From NCBI GenBank assembly GCA_028284905.1, contig JANQQU010000003.1, positions 1 through 64,000 on the forward strand: a DNA stretch of 64,000 bases, read 5' to 3'. Each line of letters starts with the position of its first letter. Position 1 is the first letter of the stretch. Position numbers and translations under genes: made by a program. The notes beneath the pieces were generated by a model, which worked only from the letters and a program-made list of their open reading frames with translations, was not told where the DNA came from and did no database searches. This stretch comes from Calditrichia bacterium. GTDB lineage: Bacteria > Calditrichota > Calditrichia > RBG-13-44-9 > J075. Below, piece by piece: positions 20,970 to 30,273 of this stretch.

Positions 20970-21704
20970 TTATTCGCTTTTTGCGGTATCATCACTACCG
21001 GCGTTCAACCCCATTTTTGCCTTCAGGGCGGCCAGTGAGTCGGATGCGGCAACAGCAGTGTCATCTGCAAGCGCGCGTTCGATTTCTTCGTCGGTGCTCA
21101 ATGAAGCATCACTCATTTCGCCATAAGCTTCTGCCAGTGCTTCTTCTTCCGTTACCTTGTCCTTCATTTTTTCCAGCATAGCGACTGTACTGGAAGAATC
21201 TACCTGGGACATCTGCTTGTTAATCTTTTTCATAGATTCAGCAGTGCGTGCCCGGGCACGTAAGGTAATCAGTTCATTTTCATATTTGGTGATAGCAGAC
21301 TTAAGCTTATTGACCTTGCTCTGCAGCTGGTCAGCCAATTTTTGCTGATGGGAATGGTTGGTCAAAAACTCCTTGGAGCGGTTTTCTGCTTCTTCTTTGC
21401 GGGTTAAAGATTCCATCGCCAGGCGATCGGCATCGGCCATTTCCATCGTGCCCTTCTCGGCTTTCTGCAGTAACAGCATAGCTTTTCTTTCATAATCAAG
21501 GGCGCGTTTTTTCTGGTCTTCGCCATCTTTACGCATGCGGATAGAAATTGCTTTTACTTCTGCCAGACTTTTCATGGCACCGGCGAGGTCTTTTTTAAGA
21601 TCGCGAATGCCCTGCTCAGTCATTTTGATCGGATCTTCCAGTTTATCGACAACGGAATTTGCTTCTGCTTTGGTGATTCGAAAAATTCTCGAAAAGATAC
21701 CCAT
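20970..21704 (-). CDS. pspA: PspA/IM30/Vipp1-family membrane-stress protein (copy 1)
   Basis: 244 aa all-helical. MGIFSRIFRITKAEANSVVDKLEDPIKMTEQGIRDLKKDL is the canonical PspA N-terminus. Confidence 0.9.
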   Translation of the reverse strand: MGIFSRIFRITKAEANSVVDKLEDPIKMTEQGIRDLKKDLAGAMKSLAEVKAISIRMRKDGEDQKKRALDYERKAMLLLQKAEKGTMEMADADRLAMESLTRKEEAENRSKEFLTNHSHQQKLADQLQSKVNKLKSAITKYENELITLRARARTAESMKKINKQMSQVDSSSTVAMLEKMKDKVTEEEALAEAYGEMSDASLSTDEEIERALADDTAVAASDSLAALKAKMGLNAGSDDTAKSE

Positions 21705-21740
21705 GTTCTATACTCCTTTCATCAAGGTTTATCGTCGTTT

Positions 21741-22133
21741 TTAGTGTTTAATATATTCCAGCAATTCATTACCATTTTCGGCCAGGGCCAGGGAAAGGGC
21801 CTGTACCGATGCTTCCAGTTCGTTGTGATCGAGATTTTCCAACTGCAGCGTATCGCGGAAAATAACGTATTTTGCTTCATCATCAAGAACGAAAGCGCCA
21901 TGAACCATCGAACGGTTCATCTGTAACAAACGCTTGAAGAAAGTGTCAGTATCATCCGGAACCGGCATAATGCGCTGTTCCAGAACCACGATCGGATCTT
22001 CACAATCGATTACCAAGTTATTGATACCATCATCGGGATCTTGAACGACGACCAACTCTTCGCCTTCATCTTCATAAGAGATTTTCATGTTCATGTCCAA
22101 GAGATAACTTTTTACCATTTCATACTTACTCAT
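21741..22133 (-). CDS. YbjN-like (T3SS-chaperone-like) domain protein, PspA-associated
   Basis: 130 aa acidic protein. Pattern compatible with the YbjN/putative sensory transduction regulator fold. Directly upstream of pspA in the same orientation. Confidence 0.5.
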   Translation of the reverse strand: MSKYEMVKSYLLDMNMKISYEDEGEELVVVQDPDDGINNLVIDCEDPIVVLEQRIMPVPDDTDTFFKRLLQMNRSMVHGAFVLDDEAKYVIFRDTLQLENLDHNELEASVQALSLALAENGNELLEYIKH

Positions 22134-22197
22134 TTTTTCCTCCTTTGATAATAATATGGTTCGGTAAAAGGGTTATAATGTTTGTTGATTTTTGAAA

Positions 22198-22560
22198 TTA
22201 TTTACTCAAATGTTTTTGTAACTGATCATAGGCATAATTCAACTGCTGCACCAATTCGTTGGCGGTTTTTTGTTTTACGCTATCGCTGCTGTGTTTGTCA
22301 GGGTGATACTGCTTTAGCAGCCGCTTCCAGGCTTTCGTAACCGTTTCCAGATCCGCGCCATAGGGCAATTCCAGGTTGGCATAATATTGGGCGATTTTCG
22401 GATCCAGGCCGCTGTCAGCGCTGCCGCCATGGTTGCTGCCGGTTTCCCATTTGTTTCGTTTTTTCTGACGATTGCTGCTGTCGACCGTTGGCGTATCATC
22501 ATTCCGTCCGGCGTTGAAATTTGCCCGGAGAATATTATACACACGAGAGAATATTGACAT
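22198..22560 (-). CDS. J-domain protein (DnaJ-like co-chaperone, no Zn-finger/CTD)
   Basis: C-terminal J domain with HPD motif (KAWKRLLKQYHPDKH...LNYAYDQL). N-terminus is low complexity. Confidence 0.8.
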   Translation of the reverse strand: MSIFSRVYNILRANFNAGRNDDTPTVDSSNRQKKRNKWETGSNHGGSADSGLDPKIAQYYANLELPYGADLETVTKAWKRLLKQYHPDKHSSDSVKQKTANELVQQLNYAYDQLQKHLSK

Positions 22561-22653
22561 TTTGTATCGCCTTTCCAGCGCTTTTAAATCGAATATTTAT
22601 TTAGTTTTAATTTACTACTGAAATCCTTTTCAAGAACCATGCCGAATTTTGGT

Positions 22654-23697
22654 TCAAACCGTCACTTCCGGCTGGCCGTGGGCAATCAGGATCAGGTGAT
22701 CCTCATCGACGAGTTTATAGTCCGTTGCCGGATTGGAAATCACCCGTTCGCTTTGCTCCTTGTAAATGGCTAAAACAATACTGTTGTATTCCTGTTTCAT
22801 CGCGGTAAAAACTTCGATAAATGTTTTTTCCTGCAGATGCTCCGGCACGGGAATCCGGTAAAAATCATTACCGGTACCGGCACTCAGCAATTCGGAAACC
22901 ACTTTCGAGATACCATGATTCAATGCCGTGCGGGAAATCAGGTGACTACTGAATTCGTTGGTAACAATAATTTCATCCGCACGCGCCCGTTGGCAATGGC
23001 GCACATTGCGCTCATCAACCAGCTCGACAATGGTATACGCACCGCGGTTCATGCCTTCTACCGTAAGGGTTGAGAGCACCACCTGGGCATCGCGGGCATT
23101 ATCATCCAGTTTATCATCACCGAGAATAATGACCGTATTGGCCGAAGCGAGATGCGCCCGCTGCATATTTTCCTCATTAACATCCCCGTTAATGAAAAAG
23201 AGATTTTCGTCCTCTACCGGCTTTTCGTCGATTTTGGCAATCAGCACAATTGGCGACGTTGCGGTGCGGCTGTCTGATCGTAAATCGCGGAGAATTTCCC
23301 GGGCCCGGTAATTCCATTCGCAAATGATGATGTGATCGGTTAACGTAAATGATCCCATACCACGGTTTTCCTTCAGTTTTCTTTCCACAAAAACACTGGC
23401 AATTGTTGCTGTAAACATACCGAGAATGCCGATTCCCAGTAACATTGTAATCGCCCCTATCGTCCTACCACCCAGGGTTTGCGGGGTAATGTCGCCATAT
23501 CCCACAGTGGTCATGGTAACAATACTCCACCAGAATGCGTTTGTCCAGCTGACATCTTTCTCAAAAATGACCAGGCCGACAGTGCTGGTGACGAGCAAGG
23601 CAAGTATGATGAACAGTATCCGATGAATATTTTCCCGGATAATGAAATAGTTAATCTGATAAAGAACCTTACCGAGTTTTTCTTTTATTTTCACCAA
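22654..23697 (-). CDS. Potassium channel (2TM + pore loop TVGYGD) with cytoplasmic RCK/TrkA domain
   Basis: K+ selectivity filter TTVGYGDITP. RCK_N (IIICEWNYRAREIL...) and RCK_C-like region. Confidence 0.85.
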   Translation of the reverse strand: MVKIKEKLGKVLYQINYFIIRENIHRILFIILALLVTSTVGLVIFEKDVSWTNAFWWSIVTMTTVGYGDITPQTLGGRTIGAITMLLGIGILGMFTATIASVFVERKLKENRGMGSFTLTDHIIICEWNYRAREILRDLRSDSRTATSPIVLIAKIDEKPVEDENLFFINGDVNEENMQRAHLASANTVIILGDDKLDDNARDAQVVLSTLTVEGMNRGAYTIVELVDERNVRHCQRARADEIIVTNEFSSHLISRTALNHGISKVVSELLSAGTGNDFYRIPVPEHLQEKTFIEVFTAMKQEYNSIVLAIYKEQSERVISNPATDYKLVDEDHLILIAHGQPEVTV

Positions 23698-23768
23698 TCG
23701 TCTCTGCCTTAACTGCTGCGAGTATTTTTGAATCTCGCTGTCAACGTATTCATCATTGTTCTATTAAA

Positions 23769-25358
23769 TCAATAAATTTCCCAGTCACCGGCCTTGTAAT
23801 AATGAAACAGCGCCAGCTCCAGCTCCTGGTTAATTTTAATATCCTCAAAACCAGCCAATTCATTTTTTCCGAAATGCAGCATACTGATCATGGCGTCATT
23901 ATTCAGGAAGCGCGTCTCCAAATTTTCAAATTGCAAATTGCCCAACCGTTTTTTCAATGCATCCGGAGAATTTGCCTTTGCGTTTACACCAAGCACCCAG
24001 CCCCATTCTCCCAAAGTCGGAATATGATTATGATAGGGCTGCGTAGTAAGGCCGCTCGCTTCCATTGTTTTCAATATACAGAGAAATGCTTCCCGGGAAA
24101 AGAACGGACTGCCGGCCTGGGTGACCATCACGCCTCCCTTGGAAAGATGCCGTTGCGCCAGCTGATAAAACTCCCGGCTGTAAAGCCGCGCCAGTTCGAT
24201 GGTTTTCGGATCCGGTAAGTCGATAATGATCACATCATATAATTCCGGATCTTCTTTCAGGAAAGCGTAGGCGTCTGTGTTCAGGATGTCTACCCGTTCA
24301 TCTTTTAGGGCGCCTTTATTGACCTGCTTAAATAATGGGTGATTAAGTCCCAGCTCGGTGACTGCCGGATCCAGATCGACCAGGCGAACTAAGGTCACTT
24401 CCGGATATTTGAGAATTTCCCGAACGGCCATACCATCGCCGCCGCCCAGCACCAACACGCGCTCGCGGGAAACACTGGCGCTCATTGCCGGATGCACCAG
24501 CGGCTCGTGGTAGCGTTCTTCATCATAGCTGCTGAACTGTTCGTTCCCATTCAAATAGAGCCAAAAATTGTCTTTCCATTGCGTCAGCACGATACGCTGA
24601 TACGGCGTTTGTGCCTGGTAAATGACCCGGTCTACGTATTTCTGCTGCTCCCCATACAGCACAATCGGTTGCGCGGTAATCATTAACGTGATCAATAAAA
24701 GCGGCACAATGACAAAGCCGGCAGTAAGTGACTTCCGATATTCCAAAGCATCGCGATGTCGATAAAAAAGCGCAGCGGCAACGGCAAAATTAACCATTCC
24801 CAGCAGGATTGGGGTATAGGTCAATCCCAGATAAGGCAGTGCGATAAAGGCAAAGGTCAAACCGCCAAACAAAGCACCGTAATAGTCTTTTTCCATTACC
24901 GAGCTAATATTAATACGCAAATCCTCAAAGAACTGATTCAGGCGGGTAGCGATAGGAATTTCCAACCCGATTAACAGGCCGATGGAAAATGACATCGGAT
25001 AAATGATCAGACCGAGCATGGAGACATAAATCGAGAGGAAATAGGTTGTAATCGCACTGACCGCACATAGCACGGAAAGCATTAACTCCAGGGTGATGAA
25101 TGCATCCAGCATGGCAGAACGAATGTATTTACTGAGGCGACTCCCGACGCCCATGGCAAAGAGCATGATGCTAATCGTCAGCGTCCACTGCAGGACCGAA
25201 TTGCCAAGCAGGTAACTGGCCAGGGTGGACATCACATACTCGGCGACGATGCCGGCCAGTCCGGTGGCGAAGATACAGGCTTTTAGCAGCCAGTTGCCGT
25301 TGATGGACTGTGGCTGGCTGCTACTGGTTTCGTTGATGTTGTGTTCTGCTGTGCTCAC
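23769..25358 (-). CDS. Membrane-anchored polyamine aminopropyltransferase (spermidine/spermine synthase-like) with N-terminal multi-TM domain
   Basis: About 7 N-terminal TM helices. C-terminal SpeE fold: VLVLGGGDGMAVREILKYPEVTLVRLVDLDPAV...VIIIDLPDP. Confidence 0.85.
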   Translation of the reverse strand: MSTAEHNINETSSSQPQSINGNWLLKACIFATGLAGIVAEYVMSTLASYLLGNSVLQWTLTISIMLFAMGVGSRLSKYIRSAMLDAFITLELMLSVLCAVSAITTYFLSIYVSMLGLIIYPMSFSIGLLIGLEIPIATRLNQFFEDLRINISSVMEKDYYGALFGGLTFAFIALPYLGLTYTPILLGMVNFAVAAALFYRHRDALEYRKSLTAGFVIVPLLLITLMITAQPIVLYGEQQKYVDRVIYQAQTPYQRIVLTQWKDNFWLYLNGNEQFSSYDEERYHEPLVHPAMSASVSRERVLVLGGGDGMAVREILKYPEVTLVRLVDLDPAVTELGLNHPLFKQVNKGALKDERVDILNTDAYAFLKEDPELYDVIIIDLPDPKTIELARLYSREFYQLAQRHLSKGGVMVTQAGSPFFSREAFLCILKTMEASGLTTQPYHNHIPTLGEWGWVLGVNAKANSPDALKKRLGNLQFENLETRFLNNDAMISMLHFGKNELAGFEDIKINQELELALFHYYKAGDWEIY

Positions 25359-25471
25359 TTTTTGCCTTCTACTTCCCGGAATGAATCCCGGGATTAAGTT
25401 CGAACGTCCGATGAATCGGACTTTTAATCAATCTTTGATTTACAGCTACTGCCACTGTTTACTTCTACTTG

Positions 25472-26317
25472 TCAAACGACCCAGCCTACCAGGAAGGAGG
25501 CGCCGATGTAGGAGAATGCTTCGATGGCGCCGGCGCCGATATTCGGGCGTTCCTGATTCACCAGCTCATCCGTCAGGCGCTCGCCCGGCAGCAACACTTT
25601 ATCGGTGATGTAGCGAAGAATCGGTAAGAGTAACAGGCCGAATGCCACGAAACCGGCAAAGGTCGACAAATTGTATTCCCAGGAAACAAAGTCCCCGGCA
25701 GCACCGATGCGGATAATATTGCCGATTGCTATTAGCACGCCGGCAAATGCGACGCCCACAGCTGCATTGTCTTTTTCGATTTCCGCATGCAGGTCGAATG
25801 GCAGGATCTTATTATAGACGATACCGGCAACAATCAGCACTGCTTGTCCGAGAATCCAGAAAGTCGCGGCTGTCCCCCAATCGCCTTCACCGGACATTGC
25901 GCCAAAAATCACCATACCAATCGCAATATGATTGGCCGCTTCGACGATACCGGTGCCAGGGTTTTGATCGTCGATAATCTCTTTAACATTATCGAAACCG
26001 CGGAGGATAATTTTATCATTGATATAAATGGAAAAGTTCAGCAGGATAATCGAAATAACACCGTAGAAAAAGATATCGATCAAATCCACCATCCACCCTT
26101 CGGATTCGCTGGAAAGCACGCCCCCGAGCGCGATAACCAGCCCGAAATAATAACCGGCAACCGCCAGGGCCAGGGCAAAATTGTCTTTCTTAACCAATTC
26201 TTCCCGCACATTAATGCGGCGATTGCTGAAATCGTAGAAAACTTTTCCCAGGTAGAATAAAATGAAAACTGCAACTAGGTAGATTAACGCTGTTACTATT
26301 TGGTCGAGTGTCATCAC
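25472..26317 (-). CDS. DUF350-family membrane protein (two DUF350 repeats; YjfL-like)
   Basis: 281 aa with two ~130-aa internal repeats of 4 TM segments with Gly-rich helices, typical of DUF350. Confidence 0.65.
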   Translation of the reverse strand: MMTLDQIVTALIYLVAVFILFYLGKVFYDFSNRRINVREELVKKDNFALALAVAGYYFGLVIALGGVLSSESEGWMVDLIDIFFYGVISIILLNFSIYINDKIILRGFDNVKEIIDDQNPGTGIVEAANHIAIGMVIFGAMSGEGDWGTAATFWILGQAVLIVAGIVYNKILPFDLHAEIEKDNAAVGVAFAGVLIAIGNIIRIGAAGDFVSWEYNLSTFAGFVAFGLLLLPILRYITDKVLLPGERLTDELVNQERPNIGAGAIEAFSYIGASFLVGWVV

Positions 26318-26391
26318 CTCTCCTTTATTAAATCGATTGCCGCCTGTCGCTTACCACTGTCAATTGTTAATCATACTTCAAATTTATTCGC

Positions 26392-27114
26392 TTATTTACC
26401 GAAGCCACCACTTCGGCTGCGCGACCGGCTCATATTACTGCGGCGGGTCCGATTCTTCACTTTCTCGGAAAAGGAACGCTTTCGTTGTGCTTCCCGAACC
26501 TGGCGGCGCTGGAAAAAGTTTGGATTGGATTTTTTGGTGTAATTACCATAGGTGCCGTATTGATTTTTGTTGCCGAAATAAGGCTTTCCGCGGTTGCGGT
26601 AGTTGCGGTAGCTGTCGTAGTCGTTACGATAGACCGGGCGGTCAAACATGCCAAATACTGTTTGTAGCATCGCATATTTACCGTAAAATTCCCAGAAAGA
26701 AGTGCCGTTGGAATCAGTGCGCCATTGACCATATTGCGGGTTGCCAACATACTGATAGCCAGGAGGATATTGATTGTTATCGACATCACCATCTGGCGAT
26801 TTGGACGCCAGGGTCATGCCAAGATATTGATCGTACTTTTCATATTCCCGCTTGTCAACCCGCTCCCAGTCGGAAACTTCACTCCGGTAAACCATGCTAT
26901 CGCTGCCGCTTCCCCGTTCACCATAGATCGTTTTATAGCGATGATAGTATTCCGGAAAGAAATTCCCGTCCTGCTTCATATCCTCCAGAACAATCGAATA
27001 TTCCGGATACTGCTCCATACTGGATTGCAGCTTGCTAATCGGCGAAGATTTGTTACAGGCGGTAAGAAATATGCCCGCAAACAATAAGGTAAGAATGATA
27101 TAATGTCGCCTCAC
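26392..27114 (-). CDS. Lipoprotein, Tyr/Asn/Gly/Arg-rich with basic Ser/Arg tail (function unknown; occupies the position of DUF4247/YjfM-type partners)
   Basis: The ORF-track start (27219) overlaps DUF4178. A GTG at 27112-27114 preceded by AGGAGA gives VRRHYIILTLLFAGIFLTAC, a lipoprotein signal with lipobox. Confidence 0.45.
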   Translation of the reverse strand: MRRHYIILTLLFAGIFLTACNKSSPISKLQSSMEQYPEYSIVLEDMKQDGNFFPEYYHRYKTIYGERGSGSDSMVYRSEVSDWERVDKREYEKYDQYLGMTLASKSPDGDVDNNQYPPGYQYVGNPQYGQWRTDSNGTSFWEFYGKYAMLQTVFGMFDRPVYRNDYDSYRNYRNRGKPYFGNKNQYGTYGNYTKKSNPNFFQRRQVREAQRKRSFSEKVKNRTRRSNMSRSRSRSGGFGK

Positions 27115-27187
27115 AGTAATTCTCCTGATTTTGTCCCAAATGCGTGATTTGATGTGTCTCCGATCTCCATACCGCTCCGCCTTGCTA

Positions 27188-27733
27188 TTACTGTCCCGGT
27201 AAAATGTTACTAAACTCATATTCCTCTACATACCTGCCCCGGGCAGCTTCAAATTCTTCCTCTCCCCATTGCTCGATGGCAATAAAGTTCTCCTCATCGT
27301 CATCAATGAATTCCCATTGAATAAAGCCGATTTTCGGTCCCTTGCCACCTTTCATAAAATAGGCGGATCCGGATTCATCTAAATAGTAGGAGGTTGCTTC
27401 CACGACAATCTCATTGGGTGGATCATCATTGTCCATAATGTAGCGATGGATATTGCCATCGATTTTCCCGATGGGCATTTTTTTACTGATGCTCCAATAG
27501 ACCTCATCATCTTCCGTGCGTTCCAAAAAAATTTTTTCCCGGCCAGTAGTCAATTCCCACTCATCTCCATAAAGTCCATCCCCGTAATCGTAGCGGTTAC
27601 AGGCGGTTACTTCCCAGGTTTTCAGGTCATAATCGACGTAATAACCGACCTTCATCTTCACCAGTTCGAGATCCGCTAATGGATCAAAATCATCATTCTC
27701 GTTTTTGTCTTTGAACATGTCAAAAATGCCCAT
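27188..27733 (-). CDS. DUF4178-family protein
   Basis: 181 aa, acidic, Trp/Tyr-rich. Size, composition and neighbourhood (DUF350 + membrane SpeE) match the conserved DUF4178 association. Confidence 0.55.
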   Translation of the reverse strand: MGIFDMFKDKNENDDFDPLADLELVKMKVGYYVDYDLKTWEVTACNRYDYGDGLYGDEWELTTGREKIFLERTEDDEVYWSISKKMPIGKIDGNIHRYIMDNDDPPNEIVVEATSYYLDESGSAYFMKGGKGPKIGFIQWEFIDDDEENFIAIEQWGEEEFEAARGRYVEEYEFSNILPGQ

Positions 27734-27810
27734 TTTTCCTCCGGTTTACTGCTCAAAAATTCAATCTGTTACAATATTTTTAATATAGATTTTCTAATTC
27801 TGTGAATCAA

Positions 27811-27851
27811 GGTGACTGCTAAAAAACGGGTGGCCGTTTTCAGGGCCACCC
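27811..27851. terminator. Bidirectional intrinsic terminator (AACGGGTGGCC-gttttcag-GGCCACCCGTT flanked by A-run and T-run)
   Basis: Perfect 11-bp stem. TTGGTTTT follows on plus and TTTT on minus. Lies downstream of flotillin (minus strand). Confidence 0.7.
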
Positions 27852-27872
27852 GTTTTGGTTTTCACCATGGTA

Positions 27873-29396
27873 TTACTTACTATCAGCGCTATCAATCGCT
27901 TTATCAGGGTTTTCATCTTGATCAGATTGGGTGTGTCCATTTTGCGGCGGATAAGGTAATTCCTGCTTCTGGAACTGACTGAGGATGTTCACACCAGTGG
28001 CGTTTTCAATTTGCTCCGAAAGGGAGATCAGCGCGCTGGGGAGCTGATTGATAAATCGGGAAACCCCGTTGCCGTTGCCATTTCCGGAATCGATGACGCT
28101 CACCTTGTCGATAGTTACCTTGCCAACCGTATCGGTCAACTGCTGCATAATGTCCGGCAACATGTTGAGCATAAAGACTTTCTCGCCATCGCCATTAGCA
28201 TTCTGATAAACCGAGATCATCTCTGCCAATACTTCCAGGTTTGCTTTACCTTTTTCCAGGATCGGTGCGGCTTCACCCTGGGCAGCAAGTTCTTTCGCTT
28301 GCTTATCGGCGCGGGCCGGCTCGATTATGTCAGCCATCAAGCGCTTCTTCTGTAAGAGAATCCGCTCTTCTTCCATTTCCTGCTCGTATTTCGCCTTGGC
28401 TTTTTCGCCGGCAACTTCTGCTTCTCTTTCCTTAATAATCGCTTCCCGTTCCAGCTCTGCTTTCTTAATACGCAAGTTATTCTCTTCCTGCTCAATACTC
28501 TGCTGAGCAACCGCATGAGAGACTTCAACTTCCTGGCGGGCTTTAATTTGTGCAGTTTTGATTTCCTGCTCGGCCTGTGCTTTCGCGATCTCCGCCATTT
28601 GCTGGGCATGTGCTTCGGAAACTTCTACGCCTTGATGCGCATTAATTTGCGCGGTCTTAATTTCCTGCTCCGCCTTTGCTTTCGCGATTTCCGCCTGCTG
28701 ACGGGAAAGTGCTTCTGCTTCTTCCGCCTCTGCGGTTCGTAATGCTTCCGCTTTCCGCGCTTCGGCAATAACTTCCGCAGTTTTCCGGCGGCCGATCGAA
28801 TCCAGATATCCGGCATCGTCGGAAACATTTTGGATTTTCAGAGTATCTAACTGCAGACCGAGCTGGTCCAGATCGTTGTCCGCTTCGCCAATCAGGCTTT
28901 GAGCAAATTTCAAGCGATCTTCATTAACTTCTTCCGGTGTTAATGTTGCCAGAACACCTCTCAGGTTTCCTTCCAATGTATCCTTGGCAATCTTGTGAAT
29001 ATCGTTAAACGGCTTTCCTAAGAAACGCTCAACAGCATTACCGAAAGAAGGTTCATTGGAATTAATTTTAACATTGGCGATTGCCTCCACACTCAGTGGA
29101 ATGCCACCTTTGGAATATGCATTCTTCACTGATAATTCGATCGGAATTGTTTCCAGGGACATCCGGGCGGCTCTCTCCACAACCGGCCAACGGATTGATC
29201 TGCCTCCACTAATTAAACGATATCCGACCACTGAGCCATCCGGCATTTTCCGTTTTTTACCGGAAATAACGATGACTTCATTGGGATGACAAACCATCAA
29301 CAGTTTGTTAATCATCATTACTACGACAATGGCGATAATCCCCAGAATAAATATTCCGCCCGCAAAAAAATTTTCAACGCCCATAATACCCTCCAA
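27873..29396 (-). CDS. Flotillin / SPFH (band 7) family protein, YqiK-like
   Basis: 507 aa. N-terminal TM, SPFH domain, long Ala/Glu-rich coiled region with an internal 33-aa tandem duplication. Confidence 0.9.
   Translation of the reverse strand: MEGIMGVENFFAGGIFILGIIAIVVVMMINKLLMVCHPNEVIVISGKKRKMPDGSVVGYRLISGGRSIRWPVVERAARMSLETIPIELSVKNAYSKGGIPLSVEAIANVKINSNEPSFGNAVERFLGKPFNDIHKIAKDTLEGNLRGVLATLTPEEVNEDRLKFAQSLIGEADNDLDQLGLQLDTLKIQNVSDDAGYLDSIGRRKTAEVIAEARKAEALRTAEAEEAEALSRQQAEIAKAKAEQEIKTAQINAHQGVEVSEAHAQQMAEIAKAQAEQEIKTAQIKARQEVEVSHAVAQQSIEQEENNLRIKKAELEREAIIKEREAEVAGEKAKAKYEQEMEEERILLQKKRLMADIIEPARADKQAKELAAQGEAAPILEKGKANLEVLAEMISVYQNANGDGEKVFMLNMLPDIMQQLTDTVGKVTIDKVSVIDSGNGNGNGVSRFINQLPSALISLSEQIENATGVNILSQFQKQELPYPPQNGHTQSDQDENPDKAIDSADSK
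28522..28720. repeat. ~99-bp tandem duplication (2 units, ~80% identity) inside the flotillin coiled-coil region
   Basis: Units ...CTTTAATTTGTGCAGTTTTGATTTCCTGCTCGGCCTGTGCTTTCGCGATCTCCGCC... and ...CATTAATTTGCGCGGTCTTAATTTCCTGCTCCGCCTTTGCTTTCGCGATTTCCGCC... Confidence 0.6.
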
Positions 29397-29482
29397 TTAT
29401 GTTTGGTTACTATTTTATATTATTCAATGCATCTGTATCGCTTTTCCAGCGAACATTCACTGCTGTGGGCATCCTGCACCGA

Positions 29483-30130
29483 TTAGACGAATTCCTTTTC
29501 CACCACATATGCTGTATTGTCTTTCACGCGTAACACAATCACCGTTTCTCCCTCCTGAAAATTATCCCGGTCTGCTTCATCAGCGGTAATTGCCAACAGT
29601 TGAAACTTGCGTCCATTGGCATTGAGGGTAATTTTTCCCTTGTTTTGCCGCGATAAATTGATGGTAACATTTGCCGGCATACCGGTTAATGAATTTAGGT
29701 TGAGAGAGCTGTCCACTTCGTTGCGAACGAGGTGATTGAGTGTTTTGTGCATTAGAAAACTGGCAATACCTCCCATTACGATAGCACTTGGGAGGGTAAT
29801 AAAGGCAGGAATGTTAAGTAGATTAAAAATGGTGCCAGTCATTCCGAAAAAAGCGACAAAGAAGATTGCATTGCGAAAGCTGAGAAACTTCGCGCCTTCC
29901 ACCAGGCCTTCGCTATCGGCAGCATCCCCCGCGGCGTCACTGTCTACGTCGACGTCCGCATCTGCATCAATGTCCATATCGCTCTGAAAATCTACATCGC
30001 CGTCGACATCGACATCCATTTCAACATCCGCATCCACATCAACATCCGCGTCTGTATCTCCACCAAAGAATAAAGAGATCGCAATAAATATTCCCCCTAC
30101 TATGAAACAGGCGAGATAAATTTTAAACAT
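29483..30130 (-). CDS. NfeD-like / YqiJ-like membrane protein (flotillin partner) with poly-acidic (D-V/A)n linker
   Basis: 215 aa. N-terminal TM, acidic repeat DADVDVDADVEMDVDVDGDVDF...DIDADADVDVDSD, 2 TM, C-terminal OB-fold-like beta domain. Lies immediately downstream of flotillin. Confidence 0.6.
   Translation of the reverse strand: MFKIYLACFIVGGIFIAISLFFGGDTDADVDVDADVEMDVDVDGDVDFQSDMDIDADADVDVDSDAAGDAADSEGLVEGAKFLSFRNAIFFVAFFGMTGTIFNLLNIPAFITLPSAIVMGGIASFLMHKTLNHLVRNEVDSSLNLNSLTGMPANVTINLSRQNKGKITLNANGRKFQLLAITADEADRDNFQEGETVIVLRVKDNTAYVVEKEFV
29935..30065. repeat. Hexanucleotide-periodic GACATC/GACGTC-type repeat encoding the (Asp-Val/Ala)n tract
   Basis: Seen directly as ...GTCGACATCGACATCCATTTCAACATCCGCATCCACATCAACATCCGCGTC... 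Confidence 0.5.
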
Positions 30131-30273
30131 GGCGCGCTCCTCAGTTTGTCATCGGTTCTGTCGATTATTTTTTTAAAAGGTAGAGCCGGGACAGGCGGTC
30201 AACCTGCCCGTGCTCTGGCATACCGGATGGGCACAACCGGTTGCTATCTATGTTAAAGGCATTGGCAATGGGA

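Noticed and set aside
30238-30255. Plus-strand TGGGCAC-N6-TTGC resembling a sigma-54 promoter in the NfeD/pspA spacer
   Set aside because: Spacing is one nucleotide too long. It points away from any plus-strand gene; only a spurious 86-aa ORF lies downstream.
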